A stretch of DNA of 64,000 bases from Enoplolaimus lenunculus (taxonomy: Eukaryota): contig JASANG010000273.1 in the NCBI GenBank assembly GCA_030248215.1, forward strand, positions 372,001 to 436,000, in the 5' to 3' direction. The notes beneath the pieces are model-generated. The model was not told the DNA's origin, ran no database searches, and saw nothing but the letters and a program-made list of their open reading frames with translations. Below are positions 39,301 through 52,712 of this stretch, piece by piece. Within the stretch, counting starts at the first letter, position 1, and each line of letters opens with the position of its first letter. The translations under genes were made by a program, and so were the position numbers.

Positions 39301-42300
39301 TCGTCCGCGAAAAAGTCTTCTGCGGATACAAACTTCTCCGGAAACTCTGTTTGCGAAAATCGCTGGAAGTTATTGAACGCCTACAAACATAATAATATCT
39401 AAACCCATCTACAAAATATTTTTTGGTCCAAATTTCTTCTTCTAAATTCAGAACTCCGTACAACCACAAAAAATAAGAATTAGAAAAATTCTCAAATTGT
39501 ACGCCTGATCTAAAAGTTAAACAAAAGAGTTGGAACCATATTCTCACTAACTATACATTTACCAGTCGTTGTAGAACTCATGTATTGACCGAAGCACGGG
39601 CCAGACATACTTGTAAAATAATCTAAAAACTCCTAATTTACGCTTAACTAATTAAGCTAATATGCAAATTAACTAGTGGCTAACTATTCAATTATCGGTC
39701 TTGGAGGTTTATAAACAATGATTTCTCACACTCAAAACCCTATAGTACTAAATTTGATGTTTGTAACCCTAATAATCAGTGAAATAATATAAGAAGTCCT
39801 AATTTTAGCTTAACTAAGTAAGCTAATTTGCAAAATAGCTATTAGCTAACTATTTAATTATCGGTCTTGAAGGTTTCTAAACAATTTGTTCTGAATGATC
39901 GCACCCAACAACCTTTCGGTAACCCGAATAATCAGTGACATATTTTAAAAAATTCTAATTTAGGCTTATTAATCAAGCTAATATGAAAATTAGCTACTTG
40001 CTTACTATTCATTTATCGGCTTTAGAGGATTGTAAACAATTTATTCACATTTCTCGCACCCGAAAACCCTTTAATACAGAATTTGATTGCTTTTCACCCT
40101 AATAATAAGTGAAATAATTTAAAAAGTGCTACCTTAGGATTAAATAAATATTAAGCTAATATGCAAATTAGCTAACAGCTAACTATTCAATTATCGGTTT
40201 TGGAGGTTTACAAACATTTTAATCGGATTTCTCGCACCCAGAAACCCTTTGATGATGAAATTAGATTGCTTGTAACTCTAATAATCTGTAAAATACAGTA
40301 AAAAGTCCTAATTTAGGCTTAAGCAATTATGCAAATTAGCCAATAGCTAATAAAATCCTCAAGGTTTTAAAACCCCAATGCGAGGTTCACACCACAGGAC
40401 AAATGGCTTTTAAACAAAAAAGTAGTATCAAAATAGGTTCAGCGGTTCCTGAGATTCTTTTCGGGCGGGCGGACGGACATTTACATTTCGACCCCCTAGC
40501 ACAACATATAAAACACTTAACTCCAAGCTTGGCTCGGAGTTTCGCTTCGCTCCAAAATTTGAAATTCAAAAACTTGCTTATAATGTTACAAAAATTATAC
40601 AATTAATCATCGCCAGCTAAGAGTCAGTGCTACTCAAATTTCACAATAGAAACCTTGCATTTTATAATTTAACTACAATTTCTTGCCGGTTAATCTAGAA
40701 TTGACTAACCTGTTGCGTTGAGTCTACTGCAAGCAAATCATACTCGTCGTTTGCCAGTAACATATCGCCCGTTTCACCTTGATCACGTTCAGCGCTGACC
40801 TGAAACACATGAACGACTAAGAATTACAATGGTTACTTCACAGGTAAACAAACGTCAATTGGCACAAATGTTTTCTATGTCCTTTAACTTTGCTTTAAAA
40901 CACTGAAATCATGTGTTCAGAACGAAACAATTTGTCAGCATGTAGCATCACGCGTCGTTAACTTGCAATAGGGCAGTACAAAGCGGAACTAAATTTTAGC
41001 TTCCGATTACGGTATTCTAAATATTGCTTTATATTTACCGCTGAGAAGAAGTAAACATAACATAACTCAACTAAACTATTATTTATAGCCATTATACCAA
41101 GTACGCAGTTAATATTACAACACACATGTAAGAGCGAAATTGCAACTAATAATACTAAATTAACGTGCCCCTTAAGTATTAGTGTTTTGTTCACCCGAAA
41201 TATGCACGCAATATCCGGCTCCGATTGTATCTCTGGCTAGAGTAATTTAGTATGCAGTAGCACACAAGAAAAGAGCATTAACTTTATAACGTTACGCAAT
41301 TAAATTGTGCACAAAATACAACCTACATCCAGCTCAAAGTATTTAAATTGTTTAAACAATATTATTTTTCGCTGACTTACCGGGTACGGTTCATTCAACT
41401 CGTTGTACTTCGCAAGGTCTTCGGCTACAAATTTATCCCAACGCGCTTGTAAATCAGTCGGCAATTCTGAACAAAAGCAAAAATTTTGCAATTCAAAAAG
41501 CAAAATATATTCGGCCATTTATAACAAAATAACCCGAGCCGCAGCAAATTGAACAATAAATTATGCAAAATTGTAAACCAATAAGATACATAGGAAGATA
41601 TACATTCACAAAGAAAGGGGTATATATATTAATTTTAGTTAAGGTCCACAAAGGATCCCAATCTAGCACCCTAAAATACACCGCAATAACAGGGAAACAC
41701 TTGTATTCCTGGAAGTATTCCAAACTAAACTTATCATAAATGCTTACTTCAAAAATACAAATCAACGCCTTAACGAAAGAACACTCAAAAAAATTTAAAA
41801 ATTTGAAGCCGTAATCATTTTCACAGACTGTGGAAAATTCGAAAACATTCCGAGGATCAAACTACCTGATTTCGATCGATATATCGTATCGGCCAACGGC
41901 GATTCCTTCATTGCTGACTGAACGTAGTTTGCCAGTTGCATAAGATGACCAAAATAAGCTAATCTGGGTCCCACTTGAATATCTTCCTGACCTCCATCGT
42001 CGCCCGCTGCTGTACAACTGTTTGACGTGGATTTACTGAAATCAGCCAATTTAATAAAACAATCGCTAATCCACTAGAAGGCCAGACGAGTCGAACTACT
42101 TTGTAGAAAGCATTGTATGCGAAACCTAAACACTGCTGTTCAATTTCTGTTAAACAACGAAAATATGTCTTAAAACAGCAATATGATCCAATTATTGTTA
42201 GATAAAATAATACAGAATATATGCCCCAAAACTCGACATATATTAATCGAAAATAAGAAATATAGCATTTACACACCAAACGTTAAAACAATTTTAATTT

Positions 42301-45300
42301 TAAGAGCTTCAGAGTCAGATTTACTCATAGTTTACATACACCGATAAAACGCGGAATATTTATTTTCGGCAATAATTGTCTAATCTTACCTTAAACTATT
42401 CTCAACAGCATCTAATATAAACAACCATATGCCATCCGATGGTTCAAGCAACTAAAACAAAAAGCAATTTGACAGATATTGATGTTCGTTTTTGCCCAGC
42501 AGAAAAAAAACTACTGTTATCTCTGCATAACCTTCATTAAAACATTGAAAAATTGCAAAAAAATTAAAAATCTTAAAATCCCCAAATCTCTGTAATATAC
42601 AGCAGCTCGAATACAAGTAGGTTAGACCGCGCTCGGCACTTCATAGCAAAATCAACAGGACTTTTTGTTATTTTTCCAACATCAATTTCAAAACAACTAC
42701 AGCACAACACGATATATAAGCGTGTAGTACCTGTGCTAATACAAGAGATGGTAATCCTTTTTGATCTTCGCCGTCAATTACAGTGTTGGCAGGTTGCCTA
42801 CATGGCGTATTTAGAATACAACTAACGCATTGAACGAATGCACTGTGAACAAAATTATTCAACGAAAACTTCAGAAATTGAGCCTAAAAATGAAATCTAT
42901 GCACAAGACATCCGAAACGCATAATGTTGGTGGAAGAATAAGTATTCTATACATCTTAAAGCTTAATTTATAACAAGATTGTAACAAAAAAATACGTGCT
43001 TAGAACCATAACCTGTGCAACGCAACTATCTCAAACACAGAATTGCGGTTTATAATCAGAGTTGAACAATTAATCCTCCTTCCCTATCTTACCATTAATA
43101 GCTTTATAGTTCCCAACCGGCAAATTTCGCTATGTATCGCCTCTGACGCTGAGCCAAACAATGCAACCAGGAGCTGTAAAATGGTGACTCGTGTAATTCC
43201 GTAAGGTTCCGATATATTGCCACAGGGTAGAGTGATTGGATGAGGCTATAAATCAATCATCAATATTGTGACAATGAACAACAAACTGTGCACGTATTCA
43301 CAAATGTGTGTAGCACATATTACCAGTTATGATAGGTATTGTAGCTTTCGAACCACTGAATGCTGAAGTTCGAAATAAAGCACATTTTTCGTATTTGATT
43401 TGTCCTATTTCTGTGCCAAATTTCATATCACAATTGCAAAAGTTTGCTTTAAAACGTATAGCTAACTAGTGATAGATTCTAATGCATTAGAGAATATGGG
43501 CTCTGGTGATAGATAGTGCATCTTTTGGGGTTTTGAAAAACTAAACGTCATCAGATAAAAACCCTTCGCTTGCAGATATCCGCCTTGAGTTAAGTTATTT
43601 GTTTTTGAAATTGTTACTAAATATACGGGCATAAACAAACACGGCTTAAGAACTATACAAAAATTTTCATTTGCACATTGGTTTCATGTTCAAGCAACCG
43701 TATAATAATTTCAAACTGCACTAAACTCTATTTCAAAAATTATATAATTAATTGCTTAAAGACAAACTGAAACGCTCATATCTGAAAAAATAGGCATCTA
43801 CCGAAGGTGGATTTTCAAGCAAACATTGAAGCTTGTGGAGTTTGCTCAGTAATACCGTTTCGGTGATACATTCAGGATCTGGATCCCACGGTTTGCCTTC
43901 AGTAGCGCTGTCCACTGCACTGAAACGTAAATAATCATTAAAAGAAATTTTTCATTTAAATTACGTAGCTACTTCATGGATATACAGTTGCCCTTGGTAC
44001 TCAAGAGCAAAATAAAATACAGCTACACGGTACGAACACCATATTTTGGGGACTTGATTTGAAGTAAATATCTGCCACGCGAAGTTTCACGAAAGCTTTG
44101 AATCACACGATATGTAGAACAAATCAATTTGAAGGAACTTTAATCTCCCGATATATACTTTAACCAGGGATCGACCGGATATTAATTTTACCGGATACTG
44201 GAGCCGGATATAGCATCAAACATCCAAATTTGTGCACTGTTGATATATAGTATTTGAATCGTGCAAATGTATGTGTTTGCTGACTTATAAGTACTTTGCT
44301 ACCTCGGATTTTTAACTTAGCATCATTATGAGAAACTTAAGATTCTTGACTTGCCCGATATGCAACAGTGAAATGTCTACCTAGTATTTCCACCACAATT
44401 TTAAACTAATCAGGATCACAACTGCAAATATCTGGTGTTCGGAAAGGTTATACCGGGTTAAAAAACCAAATACAGGTGTCGGTTATTTGCTGAATATTAA
44501 ACAGGAACCAAATATGGGGTCAATCCCTGAATTTAACAACCAAGGGCAGCAACTGTGACACTTCAAAACACCATAAAACGACACCAACGAGAACACATTT
44601 ACAACAATTTGCAAAAAGTTTGCACACTTGAGCAAGTTAAGTGTTTTATCATCAGCAATATAAATGACATAGCTAGAGAACGTGCTGAAGTTATGCAACA
44701 TATTACTTAGCATCATTTTAGCTAAACAAGCGTAGGCTGTAAACAACACTTCGACTCACTCTCTTGCATAAGCGAAGAAACTGGTACCTACACACTAAAT
44801 TATGTGTATAGAGCACTTGAAAAGGGGAAGAGAAGCAAGAAAAGATAGTATGGATAGGAGATGAGATTTAATGCTGCTTTCGGATGATTGAACGCCACGT
44901 CAATACATTTAGGATAGAATAAATGCGTACAGCATCCATCGCCTGCTAAGTCAGCGATAAGCTTTTCAACTGACGAACTCCTACACTTGAGCAAAATTGG
45001 CAGAAATGTAGGGCAAGCCAAATGCGAAAATGTGATAAGTTTGCAACCGCAACATTCAATGGTTCGAAAGTTACAAGCTCTATCAGTACCACCAATCTAA
45101 CTGGTGATAGGTGCCACACACATTTGAGAATACGTATCTAGACTACAACATGACTCTTATTGAAAGCTAATGAAACTATAACAGCAAACGCAAATGTAAC
45201 AACGCAAAAATTAAGAAGCTGAATCAGAGCAAAACCATTTAATTTAAAATTATGAAAATATATGTTTGAATCACTGAAAACATTTATTATTGCATTTTCG

Positions 45301-48300
45301 ACTATTATTTTAAAACTTTGTTTTATGGGAATATGTTATTGTAATTTAGTTTTTGACATTTTTGTGCACACTATATATAACGACATGTTTGGTGCATAGA
45401 AAATATTTGTAGCTGTTTGATTCTACTGCTCGTTTTTGGTTTCACCAACAGCGGATTTTCGCTGTTGCAGTGTTATGTTAGTTTCAACTCATCACGTTGA
45501 ATGATATAAGCACAGCTCAATGTTTAAACGCGTTGCTATTTCTAAGTTGAAACGAAAGCGTACCCTGTAAGATTAACTTGTTAAAATCCCGCTAAGTTTT
45601 CTTTTTGTTAAAGGAAATACTTGAATTCTTTTCGAATACAAAACCGGGGATTCGCTCGTCACACAAACGTTTCTTTATATCTCGAACCGATTGCTAAACT
45701 GGTTACTCGACCAGGGCAAACACTGGCGGCATATCGTCAGTGAGAATTCAGACATTACCACAGCCATATTTTTCGGGAAACCTTGCCTTGCCAACCCATA
45801 AATTTTTCGAGCCCTAGAACAAAGTCCTGTGTGTGATGCTTTACTGCATACGTTCTCAGCTTCTGCAGCCAAACAATTGAGCAAGAAAACCCTGATATAC
45901 CGTAATCAAAATTCACCGTTATATATTTAATACCGAAACATACTTACGTTGACACAACTGCTGGTCCAGTTTGCACAAGAGTGATAAATATTTGCAGACA
46001 ACTACATATCACTGAATCAGACGCATCAGGTGAAAGCATATTGTCCAACACCGTGTTCAGCACGTCTATACTGAAAACTCAACCAAAACATCTGCTAAAA
46101 CCCACAATAAAACTTATAGAACCCATAGTTTTTTCAATGAATGCCACACTACAATGACCATATTCTCAATTTGCAAACAATCGATATAAATCTAAAAATT
46201 CGGATAAAATTCTTTCTAGCTGACATTCGAATTCTCATTCATTTTCACAACCACCTAAAAATAAACATTTCCACTAAAATAAAACCAACACAGTACAACC
46301 AATCAAAAACAAAAGATAACAAAAACAAAACAATCATACATACTCAACCAGATTCCTGAGTAAGATATCTTCCGGTGGATCATCGCGTTGATACTGCGCT
46401 TCACGTAAGTGTCGTATAAGTTCACAAAATAAATGCGATGCATTCGTGTGACAGCTTGCATCATAGCGCGTCGATATGTATGAGACTAGTTTCGACCCGA
46501 AATTTTGTTCGACATAATACTAAAAACAGTACAAATCATAACAAAACGTACTTACAACAGCAGCGACGTAACCCGCCCTCCCCACTACCTTTTTCTATCT
46601 CCTGCTTGCTGCTTGACTCTAACAGCTATATATGTGTTTAAGAGCATGTGTTTATTGGTTTAACTATATTCGAACAATTTTTCAGCAGAAACTTTTCGTG
46701 ATAGAATTATTAGAATAACTTAAAAAGTCCTAATTTTGTCTCTTCAATTAAGCAAATGTGCTAATTATCTAATAGCTAACTATTCGACAATCGCTTTTAA
46801 AGGTTTGTAGACAATTTATTCAGATTCCTTGCACCCGAAAACCCATTATTGCTGAAATTAGATTGCTTGTAACCCTAATAATTAGTGAAACATTGTAAAA
46901 ACGCCTAATTTAGGCTTATCAATTATGCTTATATGCAAATTATCTATTAGCTAACTACTCAATTATTGGTTTTAGACGTTTGTAAGCAATTTATTCAGAT
47001 TCCTCGCACCGAAAACCTTCAGTAAACCCTAATAATTATTGAAATAATTTAAAAAGTCCTAGTTTTGTCTTGTCAATTAAGCTAATATGCAAATTAGCTA
47101 TTAGCTAACTATTCAATTATCGGTTTTGGATATTTGTAAACAATTTATTCAAATTCCTCGCACCTAAACACCCTTTAACGCTGAAATTATATTGCTTTTA
47201 ACCTTGATAATCAGTTAAATATTGTAAAAAGTCCTAATTTAGGCTTATAAACTATGCTAATATGCAAATTATCTATTAGCTATCTGCTCAATTATCCGTT
47301 TTGGAGGTTTGTAAACAGTCTACGCAGATTCATCGCACCCAAAAACCTTTTGATGGTAAAATTAGATTGCTTCTAACTGTAATAATTAGTGAAATATTGT
47401 GGAAAGTCCTAATTTAGGCTTAATTAATTATGCAAATTAGCCTGTAGCCAATAAAAGGCTAAAAAATTTTAAAACTCCAATGCGAGGTTAACACCCCAGG
47501 ATAATTGGCTTTCAAACAAAAAAGTTTATTAAAATCGGTTCAGCCGTTCCTGAAATTTTTTTCGGACGGACGGACGGACATCCACCTTTCGACCCCCAAG
47601 TACAAAACATAAAACGCTTCGTGAAACTACGAGCTTCGCTCGGAGTTTCGCTTCGCTCAATAACTAATAATATTACTGCATTACATCATTACAAAAACGA
47701 TGACTTAAAATTTGTCTTGTCACCTGTACACGGCTACAATTTTATGAGGCGGTTAATTTCAACTAATTTTTTCAAATACACACCCAGCAGACCAATTTTC
47801 TTATCAGACACACTGATATACCTCGACATTGGAAACTTATAGCATTCCTACTCGCTGCGAAGTGCAAAAAGTATCAGCAAAGAATCGGCAATTTTTTGCA
47901 TTAGAGATGCTGATTGATGGGCACATCTGGAAAATTTGCCTTGCTAAGAGCATACAATAGCACCGTACTTTGAATACTAATGTTTAACTTACTGCATTCG
48001 AACTGGTTTTTTGATCGGCATTTTCCGCGCTAATTCAAGCAACACAGCGGAACTACTTAAAGGAAATTGGATTTGCCCCATTATACTAGTTCATAGCAGA
48101 CCACTCTTCCTAATACTTTTTTAACATCTTCATGATCAGCGTCTGCTTCTGCGCATGCAACCAACCGAAACAGCACGTCTCCTATCGCCGCTGAGTCTAT
48201 ATGACGCACCAGAGAATTGAGGAATGAACCGGTTGACCGCATCCAACTAACCATCTGTAACAATAACACAAATTGATTTAAGCGCATGAATTCTCTATTG

Positions 48301-50487
48301 TGTATCGCATCACTTCAACATTTTTGAGCAAATCATGTATATATTTACACTGCTGCCAAATTACAAATCAGTAAAAGTGTTTTTCATACTTCTAGCAAAT
48401 AAATTGTCCTCTATGATGATAAGCGAAAAGCCAAGTAGCAAATAACTGTTGCAGAATCTGCTCCAATAATAATCAAACAGTAAGAGAGATACAGCCAGCA
48501 TCTGTTAGTAACTGTAAGCAAAACAAGCGCCGGTAATACAAACACACTGCTGTTCTAAATCTGGAGACCGGAACTTACCTCAGTTGAATGTGTCCGAGTG
48601 AATAAACATATAATCCGTGAAAAATAACTGCACAACAACGGATTTAACGGTGTTTCACATGCGACAAACACGGCTAAATGTTCTCTCACTGCTGCACAAT
48701 CAACAGCGGCACGTACTAAACGTGCAACATCAGCAGTCAATATTTCGCAACATATATGACATAATCTAAAACATATATAATATATATTGTAAATAATGAC
48801 AACACGCTGTCTAACAGGCTTGATACACGTACAGTTGAAGAAACGTGTATATATGTACGTATGTCATACTTAATAATGTTCCCTGCACCTAATTGTTACT
48901 GATATAACACACGAATGCTTACTCGGTAGCTTATGAAAACCATGAAATATCGATTAGTGGAACAAAGTAGCGACACTACTGCGTTAGATACAAATATTTC
49001 GATGCAACAGGATTTGATGTGTTGCTAAGCCTACGTTACGTTGCCTTACAATTTTCAGCAAACAAAATAATTTGTTCAAGGCGCATCACAACCAGTACGG
49101 ATATATAATTAGTTTTCATATCACAAACGATCCAACAAACTTTACCTAAATCGTTTCACATCATCGACAGCGCCGGAAGGCTCCGTTAACACAATCCTTA
49201 TCATTTTCTCTAGCCGAACATCGTTAGTCAGGCTGAAACAGTTCCATTAGAGCGATAAACTCACTCAATCAATATTCAATACGCATGTAAAACACGGAAA
49301 GCGGCTAGTTTTGAATCCGCATCAAATACCCGAATGGGGCATCTCATCATCGGAGAATAGGGATCGACCGCATCCAAGATCCGGAACCGGGCCGGATCTC
49401 TGCAATTTTTAAGATCCGGATCCGGTAAAATAAACTACTGGATCTCCGGATCCGAAATTTGATATACAAACAAAAACATACCAAAATTGGTATATGTATT
49501 TCAACTATGCGTACGTAATCTAATAAGCACTGTGTGAGCATTAATGCTTTGTTGCAATATCTGTACGAAATACCTATGTAACACATTGAATATAAAAGTG
49601 TATGTATTTGCAAGTTTCTTAGCTAGTGATACAAACTGCTTGGCAAATACTTATACTTATATATGCTTTAAAGTGCAGTGAAATTTAGCAAAACAGTGGA
49701 TATTCTAGAACAAATGGTTGTAGCAGTAGTACAAACATATTTCTAAGATTGAGGTTAAAATTCACCATAAAACGAGTGATAACACCTTAATTATCTATAC
49801 GTGGAGACCAGTGTTGTTGCGGAAGAACAAACATAAAAATTTTAAAGACTTCTTTTTTAGTTGCTGTAAGTTTTGTTGACTAATTTTGCGAAAGAATCAG
49901 TTGATTTTCTATTTTATATACGTTAGGTAATGAAAAATTATCCAGCTAGTAATATCCGGATACAGATCCGGATCCGGCCCGGATCTGAATTTTAAGATTC
50001 GGATCCGGTAAATGCAAAATTTTGGATCCGGTCGTTCCCTAATTAAGAAGCTGTAACGTCAGCAGTTACAAAAAAATTAAAGAATGAACTTTCAATTTTG
50101 TGCCGTTATTGATTAAGAACCTCGTACACAAATGACAGTCAACTTGTAAAAACAGTGCATAAATTACTAGACTTACTAGTCAAGTAGTTTTTGGTTTTCG
50201 CATTTAAGTTCCTCTATTAAGTATTCATCTTCGATTAGCTCTTCAAGCGTGACATCCTAAAACAAGCGACATTGTTGTACGTATATAGCATAAAATTCTG
50301 CTAATTTGGAATGCTACTGATTTTATTCTTGACACTAGCCTCACGATAATTCTGCTTTACAATTATCAATTTTGACAAATATATCTAGAGCACCAAACGG
50401 TTTATCTGGTATTTATTTCACACAAACCTCATTTTCGAGAAGTGTATTCACATTTGATTGGTTCACCGGCTGCGATTTCCAAAACAT
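36302..50487 (-). CDS. PPP6R3: SAPS-domain serine/threonine-protein phosphatase 6 regulatory subunit (PPP6R1/2/3, saps-1 family)
   Basis: 22 phase-compatible GT-AG exons: 50487-50428 (MFWK..NTLLENE), 50256-50177 (DVTLEELIEDE), 49232-49146, 48765-48579 (CEILTAD..LNPLLCSYFSR), 48254-48117, 46519-46344, 46070-45948, 43919-43802, 43245-43093, 42883-42731 (NNFVH), 42451-42390, 42035-41866 (RLAYFGHL), 41466-41381, 40799-40710, 39380-39286, 39166-39094, 38686-38481 (FEAMCDERL..SDSDEE), 38023-37968, 37717-37508 (WADF), 37129-37042 (GWASF), 36839-36753, 36347-36302. The symbol denotes the family, not 1:1 orthology. The last few exons are less certain. Confidence 0.93.
39583..40556 (-). mobile_element. 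Helentron/DINE-1-like non-autonomous element with central tandem repeats
   Basis: Subterminal IRs TTGACCGAAGC (about 39585) and GCTTCGCTC (about 40545), GGAC microsatellite (about 40465-40478), the conserved ggttcagcggttcctgagat block, and 4-5 tandem units of about 157-179 bp. Confidence 0.7.
44165..44529. mobile_element. hAT-type MITE
   Basis: CAGGGATCGACC / GGTCAATCCCTG TIRs. The 8-bp TSD ACTTTAAC/AATTTAAC matches 7/8. Confidence 0.8.
46715..47663 (-). mobile_element. Second copy of the Helentron/DINE-1-like element (one end truncated)
   Basis: Same tandem unit (periods about 154-176 bp), a GGACGGACGGACGGAC microsatellite and the terminal GAGCTTCGCTCGGAGTTTCGCTTCGCTCAATAA. Confidence 0.72.
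49358..50041. mobile_element. hAT-like non-autonomous element with CCGGAT subterminal repeats
   Basis: TAGGGATCGACCG / CGGTCGTTCCCTA TIRs with GGATCCGG arrays at both ends. The TSD is poorly preserved. Confidence 0.7.
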
Positions 50488-51676
50488 CGTAAATACAATC
50501 TAGCACGCAACTAATTCTTTAGTATCAGTATATATTTGAATACATGCATCTGAAACTAAAAATGCGTACAAAAATCTAGCGTGTATTAGATAATCACTCC
50601 TCAAACATTTGAAAATTTCTGTTTAACATAGTGTGCACGCAGGTTGCAGCCATATGCCAAGAAACCCATGAAAGGATACTTTAAAATCCTGATGTAGCAA
50701 CAGCCAGAGACGGTTATTTACGTCGGGTATTGCGCGATGGAACACCCGCAGCCAGAGACGGATATTTATGTCGGGCATTGCATGATGGAACACCCGAATT
50801 AATAGCACACACGTGAAAAAGGTCAACACGTAATGGACATTGCATAATAGCTACGCAGCGCGAAAAGTTCGTGATTTTGATATATATTTTCAACCTACTA
50901 CGATGCCAATCTTCCTTTGATAATAAAATTCCGGTATTAAACTACGATACAACTGAGCTCTTGTTCCACTAAGTCACAAGCTCACATAATACCAACGCGA
51001 AAAACCCGTAAATTTCTACAAACTTCCAGAAATTTTTCCAACAATAAAACCAAAACTAGTCAAGCTAGACTGTCTCCAACAACTCCAAATATCCCAAGTT
51101 TCCCCTAGCAATACATTCTTCAGTTTCCCAAGTCTTACCCCAGTCTTTCCCTAGTTTCCCTAGTTTACGCCCGTAGGCTAAGCGCACGTTGCGGCGAATT
51201 ATGATGCTAGACCGGTATTCCGCTCACATAGAGCCTCCGTGACGATTTCTACTAAACTGGGAACTTAATCCGCAACTCACAAAACCACTATGCACAATCT
51301 GCCAAAAATACCTAAATTAAAGCAAAAGAAAAGTTGTTGCATGAAAGTCAACACCAGATTTAACAATGATTACAGACTATGGCCACGCAGTGCCCATATT
51401 TGACTTCACATAGCGGCACAGCCGCCATAGCATAGAATTTAGTATTTTTACGCCGTTTAGCCGCGCCTAAGCCTAACTTAAGTTCTAAGAGAGACTAGGT
51501 GGAGCCATTGTAACAGTGCCGCAATAGCTCAGTTGGTAAGATCGTTTACCCGGTTAGCCAAATGTCGCTGGTTGGCACCCAGCCCTGGTCAATTATTTCA
51601 ACTACTTCGCAACCTTACAATTTTGTTAGTATATGTGATGTAACATGTGTATGAGCATAGTGTATGTAATGTAAGA

Positions 51677-52432
51677 TGTGACATGCGGATGCATAGAGAG
51701 ACAAGTAATAACCGCTTACTAATGCTGCACATAGGTAAAAAACACTGCTGCATATGTAGTGCCTTCATATGCAGCAGCAGTAAAACATGGAAGAACCAAG
51801 ATACATGTGTATAAGGTTGAGGTTCTGATAAGGCATAAAAACAGAAAAACTCGGCAGTTGATTGTGAGGCGGCGTGTCTCAGTGGATAGCGCTCTGGACT
51901 GATAATCTGTCGACCGAGTTCGAAACCTCCTGTGAGCGTTTCTCATTTTCAGCTGCTGAGAACTCAGAACTAAAAACTGTCGTACCCTAGCCTACCCAAC
52001 TTATCACATTGTGACCACGATGGGACCGCAATGGCAAACTGCCGCGGTAGAACTAAAAATACATAAGTTGGCGGTCAAGGGACGACCTTGTAGAAGAACC
52101 GGGGGATGTGACATGCGGATGTATGGAGGCAAATAATAACCTCATGCTAACGCTACACATCGGTAAAACGTTGATGCATATGTAGTGCCTTCATATGCAG
52201 AAGCGCTAAGAACATTGAAGAATCAAGAAGCATGTGTATAATGTTGAGGTTCTTATAAGGCATAAAAACAGAAAAACTCACCAGTTGATTGTGAGGCGGC
52301 GTGGCTCAGTGGATAGCGCGCTGGACTAATAATCTGTCGACCGAGTTCGAGACCTCCTGGGAGCGTCCCTCATTTTCAGCTGCTAACGCAGAACTAAAAA
52401 CTGTCGTACCCTAGCCTACCCAACTTAACACA
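51677..52432 (+). mobile_element. TRIM (miniature non-autonomous LTR retrotransposon) with a tRNA-like sequence in each LTR
   Basis: LTR1 51677-52008 (TGTGACA..TATCACA) and LTR2 52107-52432 (TGTGACA..TAACACA). The 98-bp interior begins with PBS-like TTGTGACCACGATGGGAC and ends with PPT AGAAGAACCGGGGGA. TSD TAAGA on both sides (51672-51676 and 52433-52437). Confidence 0.92.
52295..52367 (+). promoter_or_regulatory. tRNA-like Pol III internal promoter (A/B boxes) within TRIM LTR2; counterpart at about 51868-51939 in LTR1
   Basis: A box TGGCTCAGTGG, anticodon-like loop CTAATAA (CTGATAA in LTR1), B box GAGTTCGAGAC, and a downstream TTTT. The acceptor stem pairs poorly, so this is not a true tRNA gene. 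Confidence 0.7.
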
Positions 52433-52712
52433 TAAGATGCATGTATACACGTGCACATATAGTACTACAGAACAATATGATATCGGCTGCATGGCGTAAT
52501 GGGTAGCGCGCTTCACTCTCGAACGAGAAATCTGAGGTTAGATCTGTCTCAGAACACCCTCAGTACTATCCTAAATCAAAGCTATAGTGTTGTTTTTTAT
52601 CACGGGCAAACCGAATAGGCTGGAGAATCTTTTAACATAGCGTAGATGTTACAAATGACGACGACCCATAATTTTACACGACGCCATAAATGTTTTAAAC
52701 GCGAAAACGTAA

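Noticed and set aside
51868..52367. Two tRNA-Ile (GAT/AAT) genes
   Set aside because: The acceptor and anticodon stems pair poorly, and both lie at identical positions within the LTRs of one element.
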